This document shows positions 50,356 to 61,194 of a stretch of DNA of 64,000 nucleotides, piece by piece. Under the pieces are notes generated by a model. The model was not told where the DNA came from and made no database searches. It worked only from the letters and a program-made list of their open reading frames with translations. The translations under genes and the position numbers were made by a program. Position 1 is the first letter of the stretch. The number at the start of each line of letters is the position of its first letter. Source of the DNA: Candidatus Babeliales bacterium (lineage in GTDB: Bacteria > Babelota > Babeliae > Babelales > JANWKD01); contig CAVXJH010000005.1 of NCBI GenBank assembly GCA_963762115.1, positions 64,001-128,000 on the forward strand, given 5' to 3'.

Positions 50356-50652
50356 ATGTCAGAATTTGAAAACATGCAACCATTAAGCGATAAGGCTTTG
50401 GTAAAACGTCTTGAAAATGAAGCAATGACACCAGGCGGACTCTTTATTCCTGATGCAGCCAAAGAAAAAGGCCAAAAAGGCACCGTTCTTGCTGTTGGTC
50501 CCGGTCGGACTACCCCAGAAGGAAAAACTATTCCTCTTGCTATTAAAGCAGGTGATATTGTTTATTTTGGCAAATATGCCGGCACTGAAGCTGGCAGTGA
50601 TTATCTCATTATCCGTGAAGATGAGATTTTAGGTGTCGTTAAAACAGCATAA
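50356..50652 (+). CDS. groES: Co-chaperonin GroES
   Basis: PL.D...VKR, T.GGL.IPD.AKEK, AVGPG, KYAGTE. Confidence 0.96.
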   Translation: MSEFENMQPLSDKALVKRLENEAMTPGGLFIPDAAKEKGQKGTVLAVGPGRTTPEGKTIPLAIKAGDIVYFGKYAGTEAGSDYLIIREDEILGVVKTA

Positions 50653-50677
50653 TATAAAAAACAGATTAGGAGTTATT

Positions 50678-52327
50678 ATGGCAGGAAAACGTATCGTTTT
50701 TGGCGTGGAAGCCCGCGGAAAAATTCGTGATGGTGTTGACATATTGGCTGATGCCGTAAAAGTCACCCTCGGACCTCGGGGTCGCAATGTTGCTTTTGAA
50801 AAAGCATTTGGCTCACCAACAATCACCAAAGATGGTGTTACTGTTGCAAAAGAAATTGAACTTCCCAATAAACTTGAAAACATGGGCGCACAAATGGTGC
50901 GTGAAGTTGCTAGCAAAACTGCTGAAGTAGCTGGTGATGGCACCACAACAGCAACAGTTTTAGCGCAAGCAATTTTCCGCGAAGGTAACAAATATGTTAC
51001 TGCAGGCGCAAATCCAATGGAATTAAAACGCGGCATCGACAAAGCTGTGCATGCTGTTGTTGAATTCATTAAAAATAATGCAAAAAAAGTAAGTTCAAAA
51101 AAAGAAATTGAACAAGTTGCAACGATTTCTGCAAATTCTGATACCATTATTGGTCAACAAATTGCTGAAGCAATGGACCGTGTAGGCCGCGATGGCGTTA
51201 TCACCGTTGAAGAAGCAAAAGGCATGGAAGATTCATTAGAAGTTGTTGAAGGTATGCAATTTGATCGTGGTTATCTTTCACCTTATTTCATCACTGATGC
51301 AGAAAAAATGGAAACGGTGTTACATGATGCAATGATTCTTCTTTATGAAAAGAAGATCAGCAGCATGAAGAGCTTGTTACCTCTTCTTGAACAAGTTGCA
51401 CGTTCTGGTCGTCCACTTTTGATTATTGCTGAAGATGTTGAAGGCGAAGCTCTTGCAACGCTTGTAGTGAACAAAATTCGCGGCACTCTTAATGTTGCTG
51501 CGGTAAAAGCTCCTGGCTTTGGTGATCGTCGCAAAGCGATGTTAGAAGATATCGCCATGTTAACCGGCGGTAAATTAATTACTGAAGATATCGGCATCAA
51601 GCTTGAGAACGTTACCTTGGATGATCTTGGTCATGCAAAAAAAATAGTAATCACCAAAGATACCTGCACCATTATTGAAGGCCAAGGAAGCTCTGAGAGC
51701 ATTAAAGGACGTATTGCATTAATCAAAGCGCAAATCGAAGCAACAGCTTCTGATTACGACAAAGAAAAATTGCAAGAACGCCTTGCCAAACTTGCTGGCG
51801 GTGTTGCTGTCATCAAAGTTGGTGCTGCAACTGAAACAGAAATGAAAGAAAAAAAAGATCGCATCGACGATGCATTGAATGCAACCAGAGCTGCTGTTGA
51901 AGAAGGTGTTGTTGCTGGTGGCGGTGTTCTTTATATCAGAGCACAAGAATCTGTAAACGCACTTAAACTTGAAGGCGATGAGAAATTTGGTGCACAAATT
52001 GTTGCACGTGCTTTAGAAGAACCTTTGCGAGTAATCGTATCTAATGCGGGCGACGAAGCATCAGTTATTGTCAATCGCATAAAAAACGAAAAAGGCACTA
52101 TTGGTTATGATGCAAAAAACAGCAAATTCGTTGATATGTTCGAAGCTGGCATCATCGATCCAGCCAAGGTTGAGCGCACTGCATTGCAAAATGCTGCATC
52201 AATCGCTGGTCTTTTGTTAACAACAGAAGTTACCATTTCTGATTTGCCCGATGACAAAAAAGAATCGCAAGGTCACGCTGGCATGCCTCCAATGGGTGGT
52301 ATGGGCGGCATGGGTGGCATGTATTAA
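50678..52327 (+). CDS. groEL: Chaperonin GroEL
   Basis: [29 protein letters not shown] tail; aggag RBS before ATG 50678. Confidence 0.98.
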   Translation: MAGKRIVFGVEARGKIRDGVDILADAVKVTLGPRGRNVAFEKAFGSPTITKDGVTVAKEIELPNKLENMGAQMVREVASKTAEVAGDGTTTATVLAQAIFREGNKYVTAGANPMELKRGIDKAVHAVVEFIKNNAKKVSSKKEIEQVATISANSDTIIGQQIAEAMDRVGRDGVITVEEAKGMEDSLEVVEGMQFDRGYLSPYFITDAEKMETVLHDAMILLYEKKISSMKSLLPLLEQVARSGRPLLIIAEDVEGEALATLVVNKIRGTLNVAAVKAPGFGDRRKAMLEDIAMLTGGKLITEDIGIKLENVTLDDLGHAKKIVITKDTCTIIEGQGSSESIKGRIALIKAQIEATASDYDKEKLQERLAKLAGGVAVIKVGAATETEMKEKKDRIDDALNATRAAVEEGVVAGGGVLYIRAQESVNALKLEGDEKFGAQIVARALEEPLRVIVSNAGDEASVIVNRIKNEKGTIGYDAKNSKFVDMFEAGIIDPAKVERTALQNAASIAGLLLTTEVTISDLPDDKKESQGHAGMPPMGGMGGMGGMY

Positions 52328-52356
52328 TTTTTAAATTAATTCTTTCCGCGTACAAA

Positions 52357-52396
52357 AAAAAGAAGGCTCGCAACGTTATGTGCGAGCCTTCTTTTT
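52357..52396 (+). terminator. groEL terminator
   Basis: aaaaagaaggctcgca/tgcgagccttcttttt. Confidence 0.85.
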
Positions 52397-52423
52397 AAAA
52401 TTATATTTTAATAAAGACATATT

Positions 52424-53077
52424 ATGAATTTTAAAACCATTTTTTTATCACTTTCATTATTCAGCTTAATTGCGTCAATTTACGCTGGCAAAATTAGAAA
52501 AATTACAGAGACAAATAATACAGAAGAACCCGTCCCTCAATTTCTAGAAACAGAAAGTGCAATAACTGCTAAAGAGTTAATACGTGCACATATATCTTGT
52601 TTTGGTGCTGAGTGTAATGACAAGAATACATTACTAAAAAATGCAACTGTATACAGCATTCACAACCTCATATGCTGGACATTCGAAGATGAAGGGTTAG
52701 CTGAACAGGAGCGTAAAAAAATTATCGAATTACTACAAAATATTCAACAAGAGCGGCCCGATTTAATACAAGAAGCACTTGATAAAAGCATTTGTGGTTG
52801 TTCCAGGATTGATGGCTGTTCCAGGATTTGTAGATGCTATCCAGGATCTTTAGATTTTGAATATATTACAGCTCTTATTAACCTTGGAGCAAACCCTCAC
52901 AAAACCTTCAAAGATAAAAATTACAGTGCAATAGAAAAATTAGAAGCACGGTTTGGATCAATAAAAATAAAAAATGTAGAATCATTAGATTGCGATCATT
53001 GGTCTTTTGGACAAGATAAATCCGAAAATTACGAATGTAAAGAAATTGAAAAACTCATTAACTTTATAAAAAAATAA
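52424..53077 (+). CDS. Hypothetical exported Cys-rich protein with one ankyrin-like remnant
   Basis: Signal peptide; ALINLGANP. Confidence 0.65.
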   Translation: MNFKTIFLSLSLFSLIASIYAGKIRKITETNNTEEPVPQFLETESAITAKELIRAHISCFGAECNDKNTLLKNATVYSIHNLICWTFEDEGLAEQERKKIIELLQNIQQERPDLIQEALDKSICGCSRIDGCSRICRCYPGSLDFEYITALINLGANPHKTFKDKNYSAIEKLEARFGSIKIKNVESLDCDHWSFGQDKSENYECKEIEKLINFIKK

Positions 53078-53151
53078 GAGAAATAAGCTAAAAGTATCAT
53101 AGTAAAAGCGAGCTCTCTTTTTTGAAATATATTTTAACATAAGGACATATT

Positions 53152-53811
53152 ATGGATCTTAAGAAACTATTTTTATCATTAGTATTAACATGCTCAATCG
53201 TATCACTCAGAGCTGAAGAAACAAAACAACAATCAGAAACTAAAGCACCATTTGTTTTCAAAGTTTTCAATAACGAAGAAGAATGTAAAAATTTTACTAG
53301 AGGATTCTGGAGCCTTGGAACGCTTATCCTTATAAGCAACTTTGGCAAGGAACAAGCTGCAGAACGTAACATTAAAAATTTACCAGAAAATTTCAGAGAA
53401 AAATGTAATGAGGCTATCAATTATTTAGCACATACAAGACCTCTTAACGGTGATGCCCTCAAAAATGAATGGCGCACATTATTTTTTACCCTTAATGGCC
53501 AAAAAATAGAATCTCCCGAAAAATATAAAGATTCTCATTTATTAAATCCTGATGCTGCTATTTTACTTCTAACAAAAGGCGCTGATCCATTAAATGTTAA
53601 TGGTAGCACAGAATATGATGTTGTTTTTTATGTTGCTAAAGAAATCACCGGATTAAATTTCGAACAATCGCTTGATAAACTTCACGCAAAATTTGAATGT
53701 TACAAAAAAGAAAATGTATCAACCCAAGATTGCAAAGATCTTGTAAAAGTACAAACAGCGATCAAACGATTAAAAAAAGAACAAGAAAAAACGGCATCAA
53801 CAGCTTCTTAA
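53152..53811 (+). CDS. Hypothetical exported protein with one ankyrin-like remnant
   Basis: aagga RBS; signal peptide; LLLTKGADP. Confidence 0.65.
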   Translation: MDLKKLFLSLVLTCSIVSLRAEETKQQSETKAPFVFKVFNNEEECKNFTRGFWSLGTLILISNFGKEQAAERNIKNLPENFREKCNEAINYLAHTRPLNGDALKNEWRTLFFTLNGQKIESPEKYKDSHLLNPDAAILLLTKGADPLNVNGSTEYDVVFYVAKEITGLNFEQSLDKLHAKFECYKKENVSTQDCKDLVKVQTAIKRLKKEQEKTASTAS

Positions 53812-53817
53812 AAAGAT

Positions 53818-53854
53818 GAAGGCCCTGCATATATTGCACAGGGCCTTCTTTTTT
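53818..53854 (+). terminator. Intrinsic terminator
   Basis: gaaggccctg/cagggccttc stem plus T-tract. Confidence 0.75.
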
Positions 53855-53880
53855 GAAAATAAATTATATTACTTATTTGA

Positions 53881-54651
53881 TCATTTCATATAATAATGCA
53901 TAAGCGCTGCATTAACTTCTTCTGCTTCATTATAATTTTTTGCATCAAGCAATTTTTGTGAAAAATCAAAATAAAATTCCACGATCCTTCGTTTAAAATG
54001 GTGGTTATCTTCAGGTTTATCCAAATAACTCAATGCCTTTATAAGGTATGGCTGTCTTTCAAAAAGTTCCTGTTTAACGCTCTTATAGCTTTCTTCATAT
54101 AACTGCTGAAGTAAAAAATTCAGATTTATATCAATATTCATTTTTGCATTCAAAGCACATTGCCTTAAAAAAGTTTCACTTTTATCAACTGAAAGCTTCC
54201 TTGTTGGTTCCAGTTCCCCGTTACATAACACGCTTATAGGCGATTCATTATTATTTGAAAAACCTGTATTACTCAATTGCTGCAGAGAATTCTTACCTAA
54301 ATTTTCTCTATTACTTTCACTTAGCTTAGATTTTTGTTCTTTACGAAATTTTACTACTGCATCTAAGCCTGCAGTATCATACATATATCTCTCAAATGGA
54401 TCTTCCAGTATTTCATACGCCTCTTTCAATTGCGCATGTTGCTCTTCAGCTTCTTCATAAACAGTAAAGGGCAATCTCATGGTAATTCGAAGATACTCTT
54501 GAGTATAAATACGAAAACTCTTTACTACTGCTTCATGATTTGCATCTTTGTTAAGTCCCAAACGAACATATAAATCATCATTATGGTGTTCCATAGCGTT
54601 TAAGATTTTGAAAAAGATTAAAACAAAAATAAAAATTATTTTTCTGCTCAT
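53881..54651 (-). CDS. Exported J-domain-like protein lacking HPD
   Basis: DLY..LGL..DA...., L.EAYEIL.DP..R..YD..G. Confidence 0.75.
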   Translation of the reverse strand: MSRKIIFIFVLIFFKILNAMEHHNDDLYVRLGLNKDANHEAVVKSFRIYTQEYLRITMRLPFTVYEEAEEQHAQLKEAYEILEDPFERYMYDTAGLDAVVKFRKEQKSKLSESNRENLGKNSLQQLSNTGFSNNNESPISVLCNGELEPTRKLSVDKSETFLRQCALNAKMNIDINLNFLLQQLYEESYKSVKQELFERQPYLIKALSYLDKPEDNHHFKRRIVEFYFDFSQKLLDAKNYNEAEEVNAALMHYYMK

Positions 54652-54774
54652 ATTAAAAACAACCTAGAAAAATTATTAATACGACAATATGATGTTGTAG
54701 TATATAATGTTTAATAATATTGCAATAGATTTACACAAAAGATGCTTCTCGTAATGATAAAAATATTTTTTTTA

Positions 54775-55317
54775 TTATGTATTCTTTAAAAATTCTGGTA
54801 AATCAGAAAGACCTTCATTCAAAAAATCTATATTTTCTTCCATTTCTGTTATATCGATTATTTCTTTATCAAATGTATCATGATGAATATTTTCAGTTGT
54901 TTGATTTTGTTGCAATGCATCTAATGGCATCATTGGTATCAACTTCACGCTAGGATTCAATAACTGTGCAACATATGACATATGTTCATAAAATTCATTT
55001 GGCTCTTTCACTTCAGAAGTAGTCAATCCCATCTTCTCATCATAGGCTTTCCTCTTTTGCCGATCTGATAGAATATTGTATGCCATTCTAATAGTATCAA
55101 ATTTTTCCTCGACTTTTTCATCTATTACATTTAAAGATTGCATCGTTTTATGCAAAAAATATTTTGTTAACCTAAGGTAACGTTTCTCTATTGCATAAGG
55201 AGTTGCATTACGAGCAACCCCCAAAATTTTATATAAATTAATTTCCTTTTGCTGCTCCATAGCTATCAAGCCTATAGAACAAGTCAAAAAAGCTAAAAAT
55301 AACATTATTTTCTTCAT
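54775..55317 (-). CDS. Exported J-domain-like protein lacking HPD
   Basis: NLYKILGV.RNA...I...Y, F..I..AY.ILSD..KR..YD. Confidence 0.78.
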   Translation of the reverse strand: MKKIMLFLAFLTCSIGLIAMEQQKEINLYKILGVARNATPYAIEKRYLRLTKYFLHKTMQSLNVIDEKVEEKFDTIRMAYNILSDRQKRKAYDEKMGLTTSEVKEPNEFYEHMSYVAQLLNPSVKLIPMMPLDALQQNQTTENIHHDTFDKEIIDITEMEENIDFLNEGLSDLPEFLKNT

Positions 55318-55387
55318 AAGAGTCCCTATTAAAAACTATACTTCAATATAAAATGAACAAAAAAATGATGTACAACAAACATATCAA

Positions 55388-57673
55388 TTACAATGATAAA
55401 TCAATGACGTCTCCCAATATATCTTGCGTATCTTGCTCAGAAAGACCTTCTTGATTAGACAAATCTTGCGCTAATTGGGCTTGTACTTTTATTGCATTTA
55501 ATTTTTCGGTCAAAATACCTGTTTGATAAGTGGTTAGTGCAGCATCAATAACTTGAATTGCATTGTCATAACGATTTTCTTGAAGCAATTCCCTGGCAAA
55601 ATTAAGATAAAAACCAATAATTTCTTGTTCTAATCCATTTCTATAATGAGGTTCTAGATTAGATATTAATCGTATAAAATGTTGTTGTTCTGCTAAAAGA
55701 GCTGATTGAACATAAGAAATGGTTTTATTACTGCATCTCATTACATGCACACTAGTTTGTAATACTTCCAATTTCTTTAAAACTTCATTAGCAGTAGAAC
55801 TAACAAAACGATAAAGATGAACCGCTTCTATTCTTTGTAAGGCAGAAGGCTCACTCCATTTGACACCACAAACATATTCCAAAAGATCATGCGCTCCATT
55901 GATGATACCGTTATTGTATAAAGTAGTAAAAAATTTAAAACAATTATCAAACGCCTCATATTGTAAATCTAAAGGAATTTCTAAAAAATTCTTCATCGTA
56001 TCAACGAATTTTATCGATGGGTTAAAACGATATTGATCTATTAATGCTTTAATTCGGTTATGATAGTTATCTATTTTCTGAGAATAAAATCCCTTTTCCT
56101 TATCCATTGATAATGCTATTTGAAGTGTTATTAGACAACTGTTAGCATTCTTGATCCTATCTTGAACATCAACATAATTTCTATTTTTGGTATCGATATC
56201 ATTTTTTCCTTCAAGACGAATAATATTTTGTAATTGAAAACATTTTTTTTTAAATTCATCATTACTCGCTGCATAAGAACTCCGACAAAGATTCTGAATA
56301 ATTCTCATAGCTTCATTAAATTTTTTATTTTTAGCCAATCGTTCAGCAAGTAAATAACTAAATTTAAAAACATAATCATTAAGATAAGTAAGCTTGAATT
56401 CCATTACATGCTTACAAAAAAGAAGTAACCCTTTATGCACAAAATCAAGTGGCATTGTTGAATTAGCAAAAGAAAAATTCAAATACCCCAAATCATTATA
56501 CCAACCCATTAAAATGTTTTTTATGTTTCCTTGAGCTTTTTCCACTTCCAATTGCCATACCTTGTCTTCTTCACTCTGAAAAGATGAAACATGTTTTAAA
56601 ACTTCACCACATAATTCATAGGCACTCTGAACAAAAAATAAAAAATCTGGTTGATTTTCATGCTTCTGATAAAGCATTTCAGCAGCATTAAAAGCAAGTC
56701 TAAGAAATTCTTTTTTTGCTTCTAAAAAGTTAGGATTGACTCTCAGCTCAGAAGATCTTTCAGAAATATAATATTTATTTGCAACATTTTTAAATTTTTC
56801 ATGAAAAAACAATGGATCAATTTTTTGAGTTTTAGCGAGCTCTGTTTCCCGGCGTAAATCAGCATTAGCCTCTTGCACTGCTTCAATAGTTGCTTTAACA
56901 TTTTTTGGATCTACAATTTTTCTTTTTTTCACAGGAGGAGCATGTTTTTTCATTGCTTCTTCAATCAACCGTTTTTCACGTGATTGAGCATAAGTAGCAT
57001 GAACTGCTGGTGTATTATTTTTTTGCACATATAATGCATACAAATTTTTTAATCTATCAGCAAAGTCTGTTTCTGAACCCACATACCGTAGCCCATTGGC
57101 AATATAACACTTTGCCTCATCAATACAATCTCTTTCATATAACAATTGAGCAAATTGAAGACAATTTTCTAAAAAATTCACCCTAAGTGCTTTGCAACAA
57201 TCATCATCATTATTATTCATTATATATTGTCTATATAATTCATTGGCAGCATCAATCTCAGGTTTCAATACATTAATATCGGGTTGCATAGAAAAAATAC
57301 TTCTAATTTTTGTTTGATACGCATCTCTTTTATGCAGAATATCTTCAAACGCAACCTTTTGGGCAACATTATCACGATTATGTAAGTCGTAATACCTTTT
57401 CCAATGATCACCATATTTATCATAAAAGTTTCTTTTTTCAGGATCACGCAAAACATCATGAGCATTATTTATCTCTTTAAATATCTCTCCCCCATAAAGA
57501 TTTTTACTAGGATGATATTGTTTTGCTAAAGCACGGTATTTTTCCTTAATGCTTTCTTGATTTGCAGTTCTTTCAACACCTAAAATAGTATAATAATCTC
57601 TCGGTTGCCCCTCCATGCCTTGTAACCCTTTAAAACAGGCTAAAAAGAGTAAAAAAACTATTGTTTTTTTCAT
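55388..57673 (-). CDS. Exported J-domain (HPS variant) protein with helical repeats and NLS-like motif
   Basis: DYYTILGV...YRALAKQYHPSKN...FKEINNAHDVL.DPEKR.FYDKYG; PPVKKRKI; start moved to 57673. Confidence 0.82.
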   Translation of the reverse strand: MKKTIVFLLFLACFKGLQGMEGQPRDYYTILGVERTANQESIKEKYRALAKQYHPSKNLYGGEIFKEINNAHDVLRDPEKRNFYDKYGDHWKRYYDLHNRDNVAQKVAFEDILHKRDAYQTKIRSIFSMQPDINVLKPEIDAANELYRQYIMNNNDDDCCKALRVNFLENCLQFAQLLYERDCIDEAKCYIANGLRYVGSETDFADRLKNLYALYVQKNNTPAVHATYAQSREKRLIEEAMKKHAPPVKKRKIVDPKNVKATIEAVQEANADLRRETELAKTQKIDPLFFHEKFKNVANKYYISERSSELRVNPNFLEAKKEFLRLAFNAAEMLYQKHENQPDFLFFVQSAYELCGEVLKHVSSFQSEEDKVWQLEVEKAQGNIKNILMGWYNDLGYLNFSFANSTMPLDFVHKGLLLFCKHVMEFKLTYLNDYVFKFSYLLAERLAKNKKFNEAMRIIQNLCRSSYAASNDEFKKKCFQLQNIIRLEGKNDIDTKNRNYVDVQDRIKNANSCLITLQIALSMDKEKGFYSQKIDNYHNRIKALIDQYRFNPSIKFVDTMKNFLEIPLDLQYEAFDNCFKFFTTLYNNGIINGAHDLLEYVCGVKWSEPSALQRIEAVHLYRFVSSTANEVLKKLEVLQTSVHVMRCSNKTISYVQSALLAEQQHFIRLISNLEPHYRNGLEQEIIGFYLNFARELLQENRYDNAIQVIDAALTTYQTGILTEKLNAIKVQAQLAQDLSNQEGLSEQDTQDILGDVIDLSL

Positions 57674-57936
57674 AAAACCCCTAAAAATCATATTTTTTAT
57701 AGTAGTATAATCAAATTTACATAATTTCATTATAGCTATTTATTTATATTTGTCAATTTTAAAAAAAATAAATAAAAAAATTAACCAATAAGTAAGCCAT
57801 AATCATTATGGAAACCAAAGCTCGATTTAATTGACAAATAACGGCTGATCATTATATTGTGACTAAGATTCCTAAAAAGAGTCTTCTAGAGCTGCTACCT
57901 TAAGCAAAGCAACTTTTATCTTGACTAGGAGAATCT

Positions 57937-58326
57937 ATGAAAAAAGTAACATTACTCTGTTTATCATTATTATCAGCAAATGCTTTGCTTGCAGATGTAA
58001 AACTTATGATGGATGTTTGTGTTGGCGAAATGTGCATGAAAGGCGAATTCGTTCTTGATGCAAATAACCCAGTTGCAACACTTTCAGACGATGCAGCAAA
58101 CATTGTTGTAGCAGTACAACAAGTTGAAGCAACCGAACAAGCTACAACCGAAGAAAAACAAGAAGTCGTTGTTGATGCTTCAACAGAAGTTGCTCCTGCA
58201 CCAGAATTTGAAGTAACCATCCAAAATGATGGCGTAACAACAACCCACATGGTACAAGGCCAATGGGGATGCACAATGCAATGCAACAATGAAATGGTTA
58301 TGGTAACCATGATGGCAAATCAATAA
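57937..58326 (+). CDS. Small acidic exported protein
   Basis: aggag RBS; signal peptide ending LLA; upstream TTGACA and tatatt; downstream hairpin 58383-58421. Confidence 0.7.
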   Translation: MKKVTLLCLSLLSANALLADVKLMMDVCVGEMCMKGEFVLDANNPVATLSDDAANIVVAVQQVEATEQATTEEKQEVVVDASTEVAPAPEFEVTIQNDGVTTTHMVQGQWGCTMQCNNEMVMVTMMANQ

Positions 58327-58486
58327 AATAATCTTAATTTTTTAGCTTTGTTGCTTAAGGTACATAAAAAAAGCTCTTGTAATTTGTATTGTCAGGTCAT
58401 AATTAGATCTGACAATACAAACAAATACCTCACCTCTTGCATATAAAAATTCTTTTTTGTTATCGTAAAAATAAAAAGGAAATTTT

Positions 58487-58651
58487 ATGACCAACAAAAA
58501 AAATCAAAAACCATTCTCACCTAAAAAAGAAGAAAAATCTCAAAAAGAGCAAGCACCTTCTCAAGAAAAAAAGAAACAAAATACACCACATGATATATAT
58601 GAAGATGATGAAAATACTCATGGTGTTTATGAAAGTGAAAGCGATTATTGA
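58487..58651 (+). CDS. 54-aa charged peptide not in the ORF track
   Basis: aaagga RBS then ATG; MTNKKNQKPFSPKKEE...HDIYEDDENTHGVYESESDY*. Confidence 0.55.
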   Translation: MTNKKNQKPFSPKKEEKSQKEQAPSQEKKKQNTPHDIYEDDENTHGVYESESDY

Positions 58652-58654
58652 TAA

Positions 58655-60184
58655 CTAAAAGCCACAACCAATTTTTGCCCATACTCCATACCGCTTAAAA
58701 TCAGTATTATAATGAGGAATTTCAATAAAGCCACCAAAGCCTAAAAAGAATAATGCATGTGGGCCATATAAGGTATAACCTCCCGCTACATGAAATCTAA
58801 AGTTGATAGCACCACGTGCTGCTGCTGAATTAAGTTCTATATCATTATCAGTAATTGGAACAAAGATTTGCTGACGCGTTATCAGGTCAACATCATTTGG
58901 CTCAAGCACACCAATCGTACTCAAACTTGCTGTTGCCGGTACCCCAGTACCATCAATAAAACCGACACCCTGTATCCCATAATCACAAGGAAAGCAATCT
59001 TTTAAACGAACATCTTCACGTCCGCGTGCCCATAAATCAAATCCTGCTTCAACTTCAAATCCACCCATTTGAGAACGTAACCCCGTTGCCATATCAACTT
59101 TATTATAAGGTCTCACGCGCACAGGACGAGTCAAAATATTTACTGCAGGAATATTAGTCCTACCATCCCTATTAACCAATAATAAATAACGTGACCAAGT
59201 CTTTGATTTAAGATCTAATGTTCTTAGCTGTGAATCTTTGAAAAAATAAATATTTTCTATTTCCAAAAACAACGCAATAAAACAACAATCACTATCTCTG
59301 GTTAATGGTAATTGCATCAAAAAACCCGAACCATACCCAAAATGCCTGTTCGTACCCAACGATGGGCTAAAAACAAATTCAGGATCTGAGTAACCATGTA
59401 AAGGAGCAACAAACGTTGAATAAAGACCAAGTTGAAAACCATCACGATCTAAAAAATTACTTCCTATTTTTATATCAAGTTCTGCAACACTAAAAATCTT
59501 TTTTGATGGACCAAATTTTGCAAAATTCCAAGCAGGATTGGATAAGGCTTCAACGATATTAGTTGGGGCAATTGGCCTCATTGCCGGTTCAGTGTGCGAT
59601 AGATATTCCACCAAGTTAATACTATTTTTTACATATTGAACAGGTAAACCCACACCAATCCAAAAGCCCTTTAAAAACTCCGTCTCAAAGAAGTCCCTCA
59701 AACTACAATACCCTTCTAACCAGAGGCCAAATTGTTCTTGTTTTGGCTTAACGGTAAAACTACCCGTAAAATTACTTGGTAGATTAATCCATTCAGCACG
59801 AATATCGCGACTATATTGATTATTGGCGATTGCAGCATCACCTTTTACTACCAGAAAATTTTTATCATCTTCGCCACAAGGAGCCTCATCAAATAAAAAG
59901 TAGCGAGCAACACCGCGCGAGCTCATAGATCTTTGATAAAGGGGTAATGCCTGAAATGCAACATTATGGGGCTCACAAGCATTAAAAATCATATCATGCC
60001 ATAGTGATTGCTGTGCTGCAATATTGCGATAGACGGGACGCGTAGAGATGAAAGTACGCGCAACGCCACAACAAGGCGGGCAATATGCTAAGTTTTCTGA
60101 GCAACAAGTTGTTAAATTAGTATTATAAGAAAGAGTTGTTTGTAACCAAGTACAAAACACAATACATAAAAGAATTTTTTTCAT
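58655..60184 (-). CDS. Putative Cys-rich outer-membrane beta-barrel protein
   Basis: Signal peptide; CC/CPPCC clusters; LGTNRHFG.G; C-terminal W.K.G..F (BAM-type terminal Phe). Confidence 0.6.
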   Translation of the reverse strand: MKKILLCIVFCTWLQTTLSYNTNLTTCCSENLAYCPPCCGVARTFISTRPVYRNIAAQQSLWHDMIFNACEPHNVAFQALPLYQRSMSSRGVARYFLFDEAPCGEDDKNFLVVKGDAAIANNQYSRDIRAEWINLPSNFTGSFTVKPKQEQFGLWLEGYCSLRDFFETEFLKGFWIGVGLPVQYVKNSINLVEYLSHTEPAMRPIAPTNIVEALSNPAWNFAKFGPSKKIFSVAELDIKIGSNFLDRDGFQLGLYSTFVAPLHGYSDPEFVFSPSLGTNRHFGYGSGFLMQLPLTRDSDCCFIALFLEIENIYFFKDSQLRTLDLKSKTWSRYLLLVNRDGRTNIPAVNILTRPVRVRPYNKVDMATGLRSQMGGFEVEAGFDLWARGREDVRLKDCFPCDYGIQGVGFIDGTGVPATASLSTIGVLEPNDVDLITRQQIFVPITDNDIELNSAAARGAINFRFHVAGGYTLYGPHALFFLGFGGFIEIPHYNTDFKRYGVWAKIGCGF

Positions 60185-60261
60185 TCTTGTTTTCCTTTTT
60201 TAAGCAAATGCTGTTCATTAGCTTAGGATAGGTTGTTAAGAAAAACAAGGTCTAAAATACT

Positions 60262-61194
60262 CTAGGTAATAGCTTTAGGTAATAGCTTTATTGCATCATC
60301 AAGAGAACTCTTTGAAAAAACTATAGCAGAAATTGCTTTTGTCATAGCAATTGCTTGCGCTAAAGATCTTTGATGAATATTGCGACCAGTTGCATTACCC
60401 ATCGTGCCAGCGCTATAAATTTGTTCATGCAATTCTTGTAGAAATTCTCGTGGATCTTGTGCTAAACCGCCTGCCATAATAACTTTGGTTCTGCCCGCCG
60501 CCTGCACAGCGATTTTTAGTGCATCAATATTCGATTGTTCTTTGGTTGCATGAGGCATATTTAATTTTACAAAATCAGCACCTAATGATGCTGCAAGCCC
60601 TGCTGCACCGGCAATAATCTCAGGTGCTGTTTCATCATTCACTGCTTTACCACGAGGATATACCCATATAATTGCTACCAATCCATGTTGATGCGCCTGA
60701 TAAATAAGTTGAGAAACTTCTTGCAACATTAACGATTCAAATTCACTGCCAGGATACAACGTATAACCAACACCACAAATCGATAATCCGGTATTTTTTT
60801 TGAATGAAACAACCTGCTCAACTGTCCATAATTGTCGGCTCAACGGATCTTTTTGCTGCGTTTTAACAAGATCAGTTTTTCCGTTCATCTTAACAATATA
60901 ATTACTATTCTGATAAGAATTACCATAGTGTGCAATAAGACCTAAATGAGTGGCAAAAGCGCCAATATCACCTTCTGATGCAATTCTAAAAAGATGTTCT
61001 GGATCATTATCTTCAAGATCAATTCCTTGACCATAAAAATCTCTATTTAAATGTTCAATTTTTTGATCACAGGCAAAAAGCATAAGCTTTCCTGTTCCCC
61101 GAGTAATTTTCGTATAGTTTTGAATAAAAACATCTCGCTGCTGCTCTGGCACATCAGCAGGAACTATCAGTATATTTTTTTTTTGACTATTCAC
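60262..61194 (-). CDS. Class I fructose-bisphosphate aldolase (DhnA/FbaB type)
   Basis: FACDQKIEH, W.YPRG, LGADFVK (Schiff-base Lys), AGG, GRNIHQ; GTG start with aagga RBS. Confidence 0.88.
   Translation of the reverse strand: MNSQKKNILIVPADVPEQQRDVFIQNYTKITRGTGKLMLFACDQKIEHLNRDFYGQGIDLEDNDPEHLFRIASEGDIGAFATHLGLIAHYGNSYQNSNYIVKMNGKTDLVKTQQKDPLSRQLWTVEQVVSFKKNTGLSICGVGYTLYPGSEFESLMLQEVSQLIYQAHQHGLVAIIWVYPRGKAVNDETAPEIIAGAAGLAASLGADFVKLNMPHATKEQSNIDALKIAVQAAGRTKVIMAGGLAQDPREFLQELHEQIYSAGTMGNATGRNIHQRSLAQAIAMTKAISAIVFSKSSLDDAIKLLPKAIT

Noticed and set aside
50633..50677. N-terminal extensions in the ORF track for groEL, rpe, aldolase, 17754 and 55388 ORFs
   Set aside because: Downstream starts fit the RBS, family length or signal peptide better
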